Positions 9,431-18,835 of a stretch of DNA of 53,070 nt are shown here, one piece after another (position 1 is the stretch's first letter; each line of letters starts with the position of its first letter). A program made the position numbers and the translations under genes. The notes beneath the pieces are model-generated. The model was not told where the DNA came from, made no database searches, and worked only from the letters and a program-made list of their open reading frames with translations. The stretch lies in assembly GCA_036000645.1 (NCBI GenBank), contig DASYVA010000163.1, positions 1 to 53,070 on the forward strand, in the 5' to 3' direction. The stretch comes from Candidatus Methylomirabilis sp. (GTDB taxonomy: Bacteria > Methylomirabilota > Methylomirabilia > Methylomirabilales > JACPAU01).

Positions 9431-9685
9431 TTGCGGGGACTAACGTTCGTCACGCTGAAGCAGGCGAAGCGCGTGATCGTCGCGGTCGTCGGCGGCACCG
9501 TTCTGCTTATCGGAGTGGCGCTCCTCGTCCTGCCGGGGCCGGCTGTCGTGGTCATCCCGCTCGGCCTGGCGATCCTGGCCACGGAGTTCGTCTGGGCCCG
9601 CCGCCTGCTCAAGCGGATGAAACAGGAAATGGCCCGCGTTGCCTCCTCCCTGGGCGGTCGCCCTGGTCCTTCCGCTCACCGCTGA
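9431..9685 (+). CDS. PGPGW-domain small membrane protein
   Basis: TTG start 4 nt after GGGAGGGGTGA. LVLPGPAVVVIPLGLAILATEFVWARR matches the PGPGW transmembrane motif. Confidence 0.6.
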   Translation: MRGLTFVTLKQAKRVIVAVVGGTVLLIGVALLVLPGPAVVVIPLGLAILATEFVWARRLLKRMKQEMARVASSLGGRPGPSAHR

Positions 9686-9701
9686 AGGAGATTTTCACGC
9701 A

Positions 9702-11249
9702 TCAAGTCGGCCGCGCTCCGGTGCTCGCCCTGGCGGAAGCCAGCACCCCCTCCGCGACGGCGCGGCTGTTCGTGACGCGCGGCACCTTGTGCTGGTCGCC
9801 CAGCTTGCCCGCCTCGCGCATCCATCCATAGAAAGTCCCGGGAGGCACCTCGACGAGCCGGGGCCCACGCATCCCCACATCCCCCGAGCGCTTGATCCGG
9901 TAGTCGGTGTTCAGCTTCTGCAGGGTTTCGTCCAGGACACCGGTGAATTCCTCCCGGCTCCGGGGGGACACGCGAAACTCCACCAGCCAGTCATGGCCGC
10001 CGCGTGATTCGGCCGGGGTGGGATAGCGGGGCGCCAGCGTGAACTCCACCACCTCGGCGCCGGTTCGCCGGGAGGCCTCGACGAGGGCCTGCTCGACGTG
10101 CTCCACGATCACGTTCTCGCCGAAGGCATTGACGAAGTGTCGGGTCCGGCCCGTGATCTCCAGGCGCAGCGGGTCGCGCGCCGTGAACCGGACCGTGTCC
10201 CCGAGCAGGTACGACCAGAGCCCCGCCGGGGTGGTCAGGGCGATCGCGTACGGGCGGCCGAGCTCCACGTCGGCGACCGTATGCCGCCGCGGCCGGTCGC
10301 GGCCCAGATCCTCCACGGGGATGAACTCGTAGAAGATCCCGTAGTCGAGCATGAGGGTGAGCCCGCCGCTGGCTTCCGTCTGCATGGCCACGAACCCCTC
10401 CGAGGCGGGGTAGACCTCGAGATACTCGAGGGGCCGGCCGATCCACTCCTCGAAGACGCGCCGGTACGGGGCGAAGGTCACCCCCCCGTGGATGAAGAGT
10501 TTCAGGTTCGGCCAGGATTCCCCCAGATCGCGGGCGGGCTCCCCGGGGGCTTGCCGCAGGCTCGCGACGCGCTCGAGGAGGATCAAGATCCACGACGGCA
10601 TCCCGGAGAGGAGACGCAGGTCTTGTCGGGCCGCCAGCGCCGCCACCGCGGCGAGCCGGGTTTCCCAGTCCGTGATGGCCGCAATGGCCGGGCCGGGCGA
10701 GTAGCGCCGCCGGAGCCCCAGGGGCAGCCGGCGGACCACCAGGCCCGAGAGATCCCCGACCAGACATCCCTGACCCACCGTTTTGAGGGCGCTGGTTCCG
10801 CCGAGAAACAGCATAGGCCCCCCGAGCAGGTGTTCGGGGCCCACCCGGTCCGCGGCCAGGAGGAAGGCGTCCCACCCCCCCTTCCGATGCGAGGCGAGGG
10901 CTGCCCTCGTCACCGGAATGACCTTGTCCCCGGCGGTGGTGCCCGACGTGTTCACCCAGGTGCCTGTTCGCCCCGGCCAGGTGATGCCCCGAGCGCCCGC
11001 CAGCGCGCGCTGCCAGAGCGGGCGGAAGTCGAGGTACTCACGGACCGGCACCCGGGTCTGATAGTCGGCCACGGAGTGGATGCGGGGGAACTCGTGGGCC
11101 TCCCCGAACACCGTGTTTCGCGCCGTCGCAACGAGTCGGAGCAGGGTGCGCTCCTGCGTCGCGACGGCGTCCCGCCAGATCTCCTCGAGGACGCGCCGCC
11201 GCCGCCCCGCGCATTCGCGGAGCAGCCAGCCGGCCGCGCGGACCATCAT
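9702..11249 (-). CDS. GH3-family acyl-acid amido synthetase-like protein (GH3 auxin-responsive promoter family)
   Basis: In-frame ATGATG at 11249 within track ORF 9702..12119. NTSGTTAGDKVIPVT, YPASEGFVAMQ and FVNAFGENV are typical of bacterial GH3 proteins. Confidence 0.85.
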   Translation of the reverse strand: MMVRAAGWLLRECAGRRRRVLEEIWRDAVATQERTLLRLVATARNTVFGEAHEFPRIHSVADYQTRVPVREYLDFRPLWQRALAGARGITWPGRTGTWVNTSGTTAGDKVIPVTRAALASHRKGGWDAFLLAADRVGPEHLLGGPMLFLGGTSALKTVGQGCLVGDLSGLVVRRLPLGLRRRYSPGPAIAAITDWETRLAAVAALAARQDLRLLSGMPSWILILLERVASLRQAPGEPARDLGESWPNLKLFIHGGVTFAPYRRVFEEWIGRPLEYLEVYPASEGFVAMQTEASGGLTLMLDYGIFYEFIPVEDLGRDRPRRHTVADVELGRPYAIALTTPAGLWSYLLGDTVRFTARDPLRLEITGRTRHFVNAFGENVIVEHVEQALVEASRRTGAEVVEFTLAPRYPTPAESRGGHDWLVEFRVSPRSREEFTGVLDETLQKLNTDYRIKRSGDVGMRGPRLVEVPPGTFYGWMREAGKLGDQHKVPRVTNSRAVAEGVLASARASTGARPT

Positions 11250-12097
11250 CGGGCCACTCCCGCCGTCCCGGCCCGCTGCGCGCGCTGCTGGCGCGTGGCC
11301 TCGAGCCACGACCGGACGACGGCATTGAAGGCCTGCGGCTGTTCGAGCATCGGGACGTGGCCGCAATCGGGCAGGAAGGTGAGCCGCGAGTCCGGGATCA
11401 ACGCGTGAAACTGTCCGGCCACCTCGGGAGGGGTGATCCGATCCTGCGCGCCCCAGACGAGCAGGGTCGGCACGCGAATGTTCGGGAGGTGCTCCTCCAG
11501 CTTGTGGCGTTTGGCGGCGCGGGCAAACTGGACCACCCGCATGGCGGAGGCGGGAGCGGTCACGACGCGCGTGACCTCTTCGACCCATGCCGGGGTGACG
11601 AGGGCCGGGTCGTGAAAGATCTCCAGCATCTTCTCTCGCACGTACTCCGCAGAGGGGCGATGGGGGACCCCGCGGGTGTAGCCCCGCTCGAAGAGGCCCG
11701 AGGAGCCCGTCAGGATGAGCCCGGACACGCGCTCCGGGTGGTTCACGGCCAGCTCCAGGGCCACGTGTCCCCCGAGGGAGTTGCCCCCCAGGACGGCGCG
11801 CGGGATCTCCTGGGCCTGCAGGAAGCACCGGACGTACCGTCCCAGCTCGGCGATCGTGGCCTCCGGGAGCCCGGGGTGGAAGATCGGGAGCTCCAGGGCG
11901 ATCGCCCGGCAGAACTCCCCCAGCGTGTGGACCGCCGACTGCCAGTGGTGGATCTGGCCCATCAGGCCGGGCAGGAGGAGAACCGATTCGCCCTGCCCGC
12001 GCTCCAGCCTGGGGTACTCGGGATACGTCATCGCGCTCGCGTTTCCCCCTGCGTGCGAGGCGGCGCCGTTCCCGGGGATCACTTTGCCGACTGTCAT
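11246..12097 (-). CDS. alpha/beta-fold hydrolase
   Basis: GNSLGG nucleophile elbow and C-terminal DCGHVPMLEQP. GGGAGGA lies 4-5 nt upstream of ATG 12097. ATGA overlap with the GH3 start. Confidence 0.8.
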   Translation of the reverse strand: MTVGKVIPGNGAASHAGGNASAMTYPEYPRLERGQGESVLLLPGLMGQIHHWQSAVHTLGEFCRAIALELPIFHPGLPEATIAELGRYVRCFLQAQEIPRAVLGGNSLGGHVALELAVNHPERVSGLILTGSSGLFERGYTRGVPHRPSAEYVREKMLEIFHDPALVTPAWVEEVTRVVTAPASAMRVVQFARAAKRHKLEEHLPNIRVPTLLVWGAQDRITPPEVAGQFHALIPDSRLTFLPDCGHVPMLEQPQAFNAVVRSWLEATRQQRAQRAGTAGVAR

Positions 12098-12276
12098 GCG
12101 GTCCTCCCGCTCCGGCCAATCCGGCCGGGATGGCTGGTGGCGGTCTGCGGAAGAGGCAAGGGGGGTGCCAGAGGATGATGGCGCAGGAATGCTGTGAAGG
12201 ACTCGCCGATGTGCCGGTTTCTAAAGAGCGAGCGGGGAGCGCTGGAGGGATGTTCGCTCGGGCAGGTCCCTGGAGG

Positions 12277-12294
12277 TGCCTAGCGAACTAGGCA
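12277..12294. repeat. perfect inverted repeat TGCCTAG-cgaa-CTAGGCA in a divergent intergenic region
   Basis: Read directly. It lies about 45 nt upstream of the comEC promoter candidate. Confidence 0.6.
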
Positions 12295-12340
12295 GTATCG
12301 CTATCCAGATCGGGAGGCCAGACGTCCGGCTCTTGCCCCC

Positions 12341-12369
12341 TTGCCATCGCCGCAGGGGGCTGGTATAGC
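12341..12369 (+). promoter_or_regulatory. promoter candidate TTGCCA-N17-TATAGC with TGn extension (comEC)
   Basis: Read directly. Confidence 0.4.
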
Positions 12370-12398
12370 TCGGCCGCCAGGCCGCACGGGGGGCGACG

Positions 12399-14834
12399 GT
12401 GGAGGGAGGGACGTCGCATCCGGTGCCGCGGCCGCTGCTCGGCTTCGCGGCGGCCTTCGCCGCGGGCGCTCTGCTCGCGGACCGGTGGAGACCCCTGCCG
12501 GCACCGCTCCTGGCCCTGCTGGCCGTCCTGCTCCTGGGTGCCGCCATCTGGTGGCGGACCCGCCGGCCCGCCGCCGCCCTGCTGGCCCTCCTCACGGCCT
12601 TCGCCGCAATCGGGGCGCTCCGCCTCCTGGCCGTTGCCTACCCGCCCGACCCGACACACCTGGCCCACCTGCCGGCCGACTGGACCCCCCGCCGCTGTCG
12701 CCTCAGTGGGAGGATCGTGCACCCGCCTGAGGAGCCGATTCCGGAGGCGCCGGGCGCGGGGGCGCCGGACCGCATCGTCCTCAGCCTCGAGGCGGAGCGG
12801 CTCGCCTGCGAAGGCGCGAGCGAGCCGGTGACGGGAGGCGTCCGCCTCGCCCTCTACGAAGCCCAGGCGGAGTACCGGCCGGGTGATCGGGTGGAGGGGA
12901 CCTTCACCCTGCGGCGCCCCCGCGGGACCATCAATCCGGGCGGCTTCGACTACCGCCGCTTCCGCCAGGTCCAGGGGGTGGCGCTCGAGGGGTGGGCCCG
13001 GGAGATCCAGGGAGAACTCGCGGTCGAGCCGATGCCGGGAGCTCGGCTCGGCCGGGCCATCGCGGCCCTCCGGCGGCGGATGCTCGTGCGCCTCCAGGAG
13101 GCGGTGGGCGGGGAGGAGGGAGCCTTAGTCCGGGCCATCGTCCTCGGCGACCGGTCGGGGTTGTCCGAGGCGACCGTCACCGCCTTCCGGGACTCGGGGA
13201 CGTATCACATTCTCGCGATCTCGGGTCTCAACGTGTCGCTCCTGGCGGGGGCATTTCTCCTGCTCCTGCGGGGGGTGCGGGCCCCGCCCCGGGCCTCCGC
13301 CGCCGCTGCCGTCCTCCTGGTCGTCTTCTACGCCGTCCTGGCGGGGGGGAGTCCCTCCGTCATCCGGGCAGCGGTCATGACGGCCGCGGTCCTCTTCGCC
13401 CTCATCCTGGAGCGGCAGGCCGACCTCTGGAGCAGCCTGGGCCTGGCCGCGTTGCTCCTGCTGGCCGGGAACCCCCTGAGCCTCTTCGACGCCGGGTTCC
13501 AGCTCACCTTCGCCGCGACGGCGGCCATCGCGGTCGTGGCCGATCGAATGCCCCTCAGCCAGGTGCCGCGCCCTGCGCGCTGGGTTCTCCTCTCCCTGGC
13601 GGTCTCGGGAGCGGCGGCCCTCGGGACGCTCCCGGTCCTGGCCGTCCACTTCCAACGGGTCTCCCTGAGTGGCGTCCTGGCCAACCTCCCCATCGTTCCC
13701 CTGAGCGGCGTTCTCACCGCCCTCGGGATGCTGGAGGCGCTCGCGTTGGCCCTGCACCCGGCCGGCCTCCCGGGCCTGGGGGACCTCCTGCGCCTGGTCG
13801 CCGCGACCCAGATCGCCGCCGCCCGCCTGTTCGCTGGCCTTCCCCTGGCGACGCTGCAGGTCTATCCCCCCACACTCTTCATGATCGGGACCTACTACGC
13901 GCTCGCCCTGAGCTTGAGCGTCCGGGGCCCCGGGCGGTGGCGCCTTCCCCTCGCGGGCCTGCTCACCCTCGCCCTTCTCGGGCAGGTCGGCTGGAAGCTC
14001 CTGCCGTCCCGCGCCTCGGCGCTCTCGGTCACGTTCCTGGACGTGGGGGAGGGGGACAGCATCCTGGTGGAGGCCCCCGGCGGGAGGCTCATCCTGGTTG
14101 ACGGGGGCGGGGTCTACGATGACCGATTCGACGTGGGGGACCGGATCGTGGTCCCCTACATCCTCTCGCGCTGGCGCTCACGCCTGGATCTGGTCGTTCT
14201 CACCCACCCGCAGCCGGACCACCTGAACGGCCTCCAAGCGGTCCTCCGCCGTCTGACCGTGGCCGAGGTGTGGGAGTCAGGGATCCCGTCGGCCGCGCCG
14301 GCCTACCGATTCCTGGTGGAGACCCTGCGGGCGCGGGGGATTCCCCTGCGCGCGGTCGCCGCGGGAGCGACGCGGTCATTTGGCGCCGACACGGAGGTGA
14401 CCGTCCTGCACCCACCCGCCGGCCTGTTTACGCCGACCCGGGGATCGCGCGCCTCCCGGGTGAATAATAACTCGGTCGTCCTGCTCCTCCGGCATGCCGA
14501 CCAGCGCCTCCTCCTGACCGGCGACGTCGAGGCGGAGGCGGAGGCCCACCTCGTCGCGAACGGGCCCCTGCACCCGGTCGCGGTCTTGAAGGTCCCGCAC
14601 CATGGCAGCCGGACGAGCAGCACGGATGGCTTGCTGCAGGTCCTCCGGCCCTCGGTCGCGGTCATCCAGGTCGGATTCGGGAACCGCTTCGGCCATCCCC
14701 ATCCCGAGGTGCTGGCCCGCCTGCGGCAGGTCGGCGCCCGGATCTTGCGAACCGACCGGCACGGCGCCGTCCGGCTCTTCCTGGATGGCGGCTCCCTCAC
14801 GGTGGTGCCGACAGTGGAGGTGGCGCCGGAGTGA
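12399..14834 (+). CDS. comEC: DNA internalization-related competence protein ComEC/Rec2 with C-terminal metallo-beta-lactamase domain
   Basis: 811 aa with an N-terminal DUF4131-like region and a polytopic Competence domain (GTYHILAISGLNVS). C-terminal VLTHPQPDH..VPHHGS are MBL motifs. Confidence 0.9.
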   Translation: MEGGTSHPVPRPLLGFAAAFAAGALLADRWRPLPAPLLALLAVLLLGAAIWWRTRRPAAALLALLTAFAAIGALRLLAVAYPPDPTHLAHLPADWTPRRCRLSGRIVHPPEEPIPEAPGAGAPDRIVLSLEAERLACEGASEPVTGGVRLALYEAQAEYRPGDRVEGTFTLRRPRGTINPGGFDYRRFRQVQGVALEGWAREIQGELAVEPMPGARLGRAIAALRRRMLVRLQEAVGGEEGALVRAIVLGDRSGLSEATVTAFRDSGTYHILAISGLNVSLLAGAFLLLLRGVRAPPRASAAAAVLLVVFYAVLAGGSPSVIRAAVMTAAVLFALILERQADLWSSLGLAALLLLAGNPLSLFDAGFQLTFAATAAIAVVADRMPLSQVPRPARWVLLSLAVSGAAALGTLPVLAVHFQRVSLSGVLANLPIVPLSGVLTALGMLEALALALHPAGLPGLGDLLRLVAATQIAAARLFAGLPLATLQVYPPTLFMIGTYYALALSLSVRGPGRWRLPLAGLLTLALLGQVGWKLLPSRASALSVTFLDVGEGDSILVEAPGGRLILVDGGGVYDDRFDVGDRIVVPYILSRWRSRLDLVVLTHPQPDHLNGLQAVLRRLTVAEVWESGIPSAAPAYRFLVETLRARGIPLRAVAAGATRSFGADTEVTVLHPPAGLFTPTRGSRASRVNNNSVVLLLRHADQRLLLTGDVEAEAEAHLVANGPLHPVAVLKVPHHGSRTSSTDGLLQVLRPSVAVIQVGFGNRFGHPHPEVLARLRQVGARILRTDRHGAVRLFLDGGSLTVVPTVEVAPE

Positions 14835-14856
14835 TGCGAGGATGCGAGTGGCGGAC

Positions 14857-15711
14857 CTACCAGAGCACGAGGAGGATCCCTGCCAGCGTCACGGCCACCC
14901 CGGCGAATGTCGTGGGTGTGCCCGCCTCGCCCAGGAGGAGCCAGCCGAGGAGGATGCCCCCCGTCACCTCCTGGCTGGCGATGAGGCTCACCAGCGTCGG
15001 GGACAGGCGGCGAATGGCCGCGTTGTAGAGGGTATGCCCGAAGGCGAGCGGCAGGAGGGCCTGCAGGGTGACGGCGAAGAGCGCCCCGACCTGGTAGGGG
15101 GCCGTGAGGGTCGCCGCCGCGGCCGGCAGCGCGATGAGCCCGGCGGTGAGGTACAGCCAGAAGACGTATCGGAGGAGGGGCAGGGCGCCTCGCAGGTGCC
15201 GGCCCAGGAAGGAGTAGGCGGCAAATGAGGCCGCCGCTCCCAGGGCCAGCAGGTCCCCTCCCAGCATCCGCCGCGTGAGGGTGGGCTCGAAGCCGGCCAG
15301 CAGCGCGATGCCGGTTACCGTGAGGAGGATCCCCAGCACCTGGCGCGGGCGCAGGCGCTCCCCCAGGAAGATCCAGGAGGCGACGGCCAGCATGGCGGGC
15401 GCCGTATAGGTGAGGGTGAGCGCATGGGCGATGCTCGTGTAGTAGAGGGAGGTGATGAAGGTCAGGAAGTGGAGGGCGGCCACGAGGCCCACGCCGAGGA
15501 CCGGCAGTCGAAGGGGTTTTGCCAGCGCGAGGGGGATGCGCCACACCCGCGCCGCCGCCCCCACGAACACCGCCCCCAGCAGGAGGCGGAACGCGGTCAC
15601 CTCGAAAGGGGAGAGCGCCTGGGCGAACCGAACCAGGACCGCCCCCGTGGAGAAGCAGGCGGTGGCCGCCACGGCGAGGCCCGCCCCCTTGAGCTCTTCG
15701 CCCTTCAGCAC
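14857..15711 (-). CDS. EamA/DMT-family transporter
   Basis: About 10 TM segments in duplicated EamA-like halves. GTG start preceded by GAGGAGGGG. Confidence 0.8.
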   Translation of the reverse strand: MLKGEELKGAGLAVAATACFSTGAVLVRFAQALSPFEVTAFRLLLGAVFVGAAARVWRIPLALAKPLRLPVLGVGLVAALHFLTFITSLYYTSIAHALTLTYTAPAMLAVASWIFLGERLRPRQVLGILLTVTGIALLAGFEPTLTRRMLGGDLLALGAAASFAAYSFLGRHLRGALPLLRYVFWLYLTAGLIALPAAAATLTAPYQVGALFAVTLQALLPLAFGHTLYNAAIRRLSPTLVSLIASQEVTGGILLGWLLLGEAGTPTTFAGVAVTLAGILLVLW

Positions 15712-15811
15712 GTCCCCTCCTCTGCGGGCCCCAGCGGCCCCGGGCCCCCGCAGCCGGTCATCCCTACCACTTCCGGCCCCGGGAGGCCAGCGGTTTTGGC
15801 CGGGAATCGGT

Positions 15812-15840
15812 TTGACTTCGCCTATCCCCTGTGTTAAGAA
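15812..15840 (+). promoter_or_regulatory. promoter candidate TTGACT-N17-TAAGAA with TGn extension, 8 nt before the xseA ATG
   Basis: Read directly. No SD lies between the -10 and ATG 15849. Confidence 0.35.
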
Positions 15841-15848
15841 GGGCGCTG

Positions 15849-17072
15849 ATGGAGCCCGCGGCGCCGCATGTTTACACGATCAGCGCCCTCACCGCCGAAC
15901 TGAAGGCCCTCCTCGAAGGCACCTATCCCACCCTCTGGGTCGAAGGCGAGGTCAGTAACTTCAAGCACCACGCCTCCGGCCACATGTACTTCACCCTGAA
16001 AGACGCGGGGAGCCAGATCCGCGCCGTCATGTTCCGGACGGCAAACCGGGGGCTCAAGTTCCGGCCCGAGGACGGCCTCAGCGTCCTCGTCCGGGCTTCC
16101 CTCGGCGTCTACGAGCCCCGCGGGGAGTACCAACTCTACGTCGAGCACATGGAGCCGAAGGGTCTCGGAGCGCTGCAGCTCGCCTTCGAGCAGCTCAAGG
16201 CGCGCCTGGCCGCCGAGGGGCTCTTCGACGAGGCCCGCAAGCGCCCGATCCCCCGGCTGCCGCGTCGGATCGGCATCGTGACCTCCCCGAGCGGCGCCGC
16301 GATCCGGGACATGCTGAACATCATTGACCGGCGCTTCGCCAACGTCGAGGTCGTGATCTACCCCGCGCGCGTCCAGGGGGAGGAGGCGGCCGGGGAGATC
16401 GCGGCCGGGATCGAGGTGCTCAACGCGCGCGGAGACCTGGACGTCCTCATCGTCGGGCGCGGGGGCGGCTCCATCGAGGACCTCTGGGCCTTCAACGAGG
16501 AGCGGGTCGCCCGGGCGATCGCGGCCTCCAAGGTCCCGGTCATCTCGGCGGTGGGCCACGAGACGGACTTCACCATCGCGGACTTCGTCGCCGACCTGCG
16601 GGCGCCGACGCCCTCCGCCGCCGCCGAGCTGGTCGTGGCGCACAAGGCCGAGCTGGCCCAGCGTCTCGATGACCTCACCTCCCGCCTGGAAACCGCCCTG
16701 CGCCACCGCGTGGAGGCGGGGCGTCAGCGCCTCACCTCCCTCGCGCGGCACCTCGGCCTCGTGAGTCCGGTGGAGCGCGTCCGCCGCCAGCGGGAGCGGG
16801 TCGCGGCCGCCGCCGAGACGTTATGGGGAGCCATCCGGACCCGCGTGAAGCTCTGGGAGGGGGACCTGCGCGCCTTGGCCGGGAAGCTCGAGTCGCTGAG
16901 CCCCCTGGCGATCCTGGCGCGGGGCTACAGCATCACCCGCCTCCTGCCCGATCTCCGCATCGTGAAGGACGCCGGTGCCGTCCGGCCCGGGGAGGCGGTC
17001 AGCGTCCTCCTGCACCGGGGAAGCCTCGCCTGCCGCGTGGAGAGCACGGCGCTCCCGGCGGAGGGAGGGTGA
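15849..17072 (+). CDS. xseA: exodeoxyribonuclease VII large subunit
   Basis: YTISALTAELKALLEGTYPTLWVEGEVSNFKHHASGHMYFTLKD is the OB-fold signature. I prefer ATG 15849, because track start GTG 15831 lies inside the predicted -10 region. Confidence 0.9.
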   Translation: MEPAAPHVYTISALTAELKALLEGTYPTLWVEGEVSNFKHHASGHMYFTLKDAGSQIRAVMFRTANRGLKFRPEDGLSVLVRASLGVYEPRGEYQLYVEHMEPKGLGALQLAFEQLKARLAAEGLFDEARKRPIPRLPRRIGIVTSPSGAAIRDMLNIIDRRFANVEVVIYPARVQGEEAAGEIAAGIEVLNARGDLDVLIVGRGGGSIEDLWAFNEERVARAIAASKVPVISAVGHETDFTIADFVADLRAPTPSAAAELVVAHKAELAQRLDDLTSRLETALRHRVEAGRQRLTSLARHLGLVSPVERVRRQRERVAAAAETLWGAIRTRVKLWEGDLRALAGKLESLSPLAILARGYSITRLLPDLRIVKDAGAVRPGEAVSVLLHRGSLACRVESTALPAEGG

Positions 17073-17166
17073 CGTGGCGGACGAGCCGTCCCAGGTCCCT
17101 CTGTTCGTCCCGCCCGCGCCAGCCGGCCGTGACGCCGGGCCCGCGCGGCGGGAAGGGAGCCCGCGC

Positions 17167-17439
17167 ATGTCCGTCCCCGACGCCGAGCCGCCGGCGCTGA
17201 AGTTCGAGGAGGCCCTGTCCCGCCTCGAGGCCGTCGTGGCCCGCCTGGAGGGAGGGGATCTCCCCCTGGAGGACGCCCTCAGCCTCTTCGAGGAGGGGGT
17301 ACGCCTGACCCGCCTCTGTTCCACGCGACTCGAGGAGGCGGAGCGGAAGGTGAGCCTCCTCCTCCGGGACGAGCAGGGAGGGTTGCGGGAGGTCCCCTTC
17401 GGCGAGGCCGAGGCGGAGGAGGACGAGGAGGAAGGCTAG
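17167..17439 (+). CDS. xseB: exodeoxyribonuclease VII small subunit
   Basis: FEEALSRLEAVVARLEGGDLPLEDALSLFEEGVRLTRLC is canonical XseB. An alternative in-frame GTG at 17074 would add 31 aa. Confidence 0.85.
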   Translation: MSVPDAEPPALKFEEALSRLEAVVARLEGGDLPLEDALSLFEEGVRLTRLCSTRLEEAERKVSLLLRDEQGGLREVPFGEAEAEEDEEEG

Positions 17440-17440
17440 C

Positions 17441-18256
17441 GTGCGGCCCGGGGCGGCCCGCCGCCGCCTGGACCTGCTCCTGGTCGAGCGGGGGTTCGCT
17501 CCCACCCGGGAGAAGGCGCGGGCCCTGATCATGGCAGGGGCGGTGCAGAGCGGGGGCGTGCGGGTGGAGAAGGCCGGCGCCCTCCTCCCCGCGGATGCGC
17601 CTCTGGAGGTGGCGGGCCCGCCCCACCCCTACGTGAGCCGCGGGGGCGTGAAGCTGGCCCACGCCCTCGAGGTGTTCGGGATCGCGGTCGCCGGGCGGGT
17701 CTGCCTGGACCTGGGGGCCTCCACGGGGGGCTTCACCGACTGTCTCCTCCGGGCCGGGGCCGCGTCCGTGATCGCGGTGGACGTGGGGACGGGGCTCCTC
17801 GATGCGCGCTTGCGGGCCGATCCCCGCGTGCGCCTCCTGGAGCGGACCAATGTCCGGCATCTGAGGCCGGCGGACCTGCCGGAGGTCCCGAGCCTGGCAA
17901 CGGCGGATCTCGCGTTCATCTCGCTCGCGCTCATCCTCCCGGTCCTGCCGCCGCTCCTGGCCTCCCCCCGGGAGGTGGTGGCGCTGGTGAAGCCCCAGTT
18001 CGAGATGGGGCGCGGGCAGGTGGGAAAGGGGGGGGTCGTCCGGGAGCCGGAGAAGCACCGGGCGGCGGTCCGGAGGGTGGCGGAGGCGGCGGCCGCGGCC
18101 GGGTTCACGGTTCGGGGGCTCACGGCCTCGCCCCTCCTCGGGCCGAAGGGGAACCGGGAGTTCCTCCTCCACCTCGCCGGGGGCGGGGAGCGGCTCGACC
18201 TCGCGGCGGCCTTGGGGTCGGTGATCCCGGAGGTCCCGGTGGCGCGCCGCCGGTAG
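17441..18256 (+). CDS. tlyA: TlyA-family rRNA (cytidine-2'-O)-methyltransferase
   Basis: S4-like N-terminus (RLDLLLVERGF), YVSRGGVKL, and DLGASTGGFTDCLL SAM motif. Confidence 0.85.
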   Translation: MRPGAARRRLDLLLVERGFAPTREKARALIMAGAVQSGGVRVEKAGALLPADAPLEVAGPPHPYVSRGGVKLAHALEVFGIAVAGRVCLDLGASTGGFTDCLLRAGAASVIAVDVGTGLLDARLRADPRVRLLERTNVRHLRPADLPEVPSLATADLAFISLALILPVLPPLLASPREVVALVKPQFEMGRGQVGKGGVVREPEKHRAAVRRVAEAAAAAGFTVRGLTASPLLGPKGNREFLLHLAGGGERLDLAAALGSVIPEVPVARRR

Positions 18257-18289
18257 GGGCGGCGGGGGCGCGAGCGGCATGGAACGTCA

Positions 18290-18835
18290 GTGGAACTCCG
18301 CCTGACGCGGAGCACGATCCGGAGTTGGAGGCCGGGGGATGCCGCTGCGCTGGTCCGGTATGCGAACAACCGCCGCGTGTGGCGCAACCTGCGGGACCGG
18401 TTCCCGCACCCGTACACGGCGCGGGACGCCGAGGAGTGGATCGGCCGGGCCACCGGGATGGTGCCCGAGACCCACTTCGCCATCGCCGTGGGGGAGGAGG
18501 CGGTCGGAGGGATCGGGCTGGAGCTCCAGACCGACGTCTTCCGCCGCTCGGCCGAGATCGGGTTCTGGCTGGCCGAGCCGTTCTGGGGGCGCGGGATCAT
18601 GACGGAGGCGGTGCGCGCCATGACGGACTTCGCATTCGCCACCTTCGACGTCTGCCGGGTCTTCGCGAGCGTCTTCGAGTGGAACCCCGCGTCCATGCGG
18701 GTGCTCGAGAAGGCGGGCTACACCTGCGAGGGGCGGTTGCGGAAGAGCGTGACGAAGGACGGGCAGACGATTGATCAGATGCTGTACGCGATCGTCCGGG
18801 AGGAGGTCCCCATCGGGGGAGCGGTAGCCGCATGA
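18290..18835 (+). CDS. GNAT-family N-acetyltransferase (RimJ/RimL-like)
   Basis: IRSWRPGDAAAL...IGFWLAEPFWGRGIMTEA...NPASMRVLEKAGY are acetyltransferase motifs. Confidence 0.8.
   Translation: MELRLTRSTIRSWRPGDAAALVRYANNRRVWRNLRDRFPHPYTARDAEEWIGRATGMVPETHFAIAVGEEAVGGIGLELQTDVFRRSAEIGFWLAEPFWGRGIMTEAVRAMTDFAFATFDVCRVFASVFEWNPASMRVLEKAGYTCEGRLRKSVTKDGQTIDQMLYAIVREEVPIGGAVAA

Noticed and set aside
12175-12291. 38-codon ORF (MMAQECCEGLADV...) in the hydrolase/comEC intergenic region
   Set aside because: Third-position G+C is much lower than in real genes here, SD spacing is poor, and there is no recognisable motif.
14833-14848. Tandem GATGCGAG GATGCGAG between comEC and the EamA gene
   Set aside because: It is a single 8-nt duplication in a 22-nt convergent spacer, too small to interpret.
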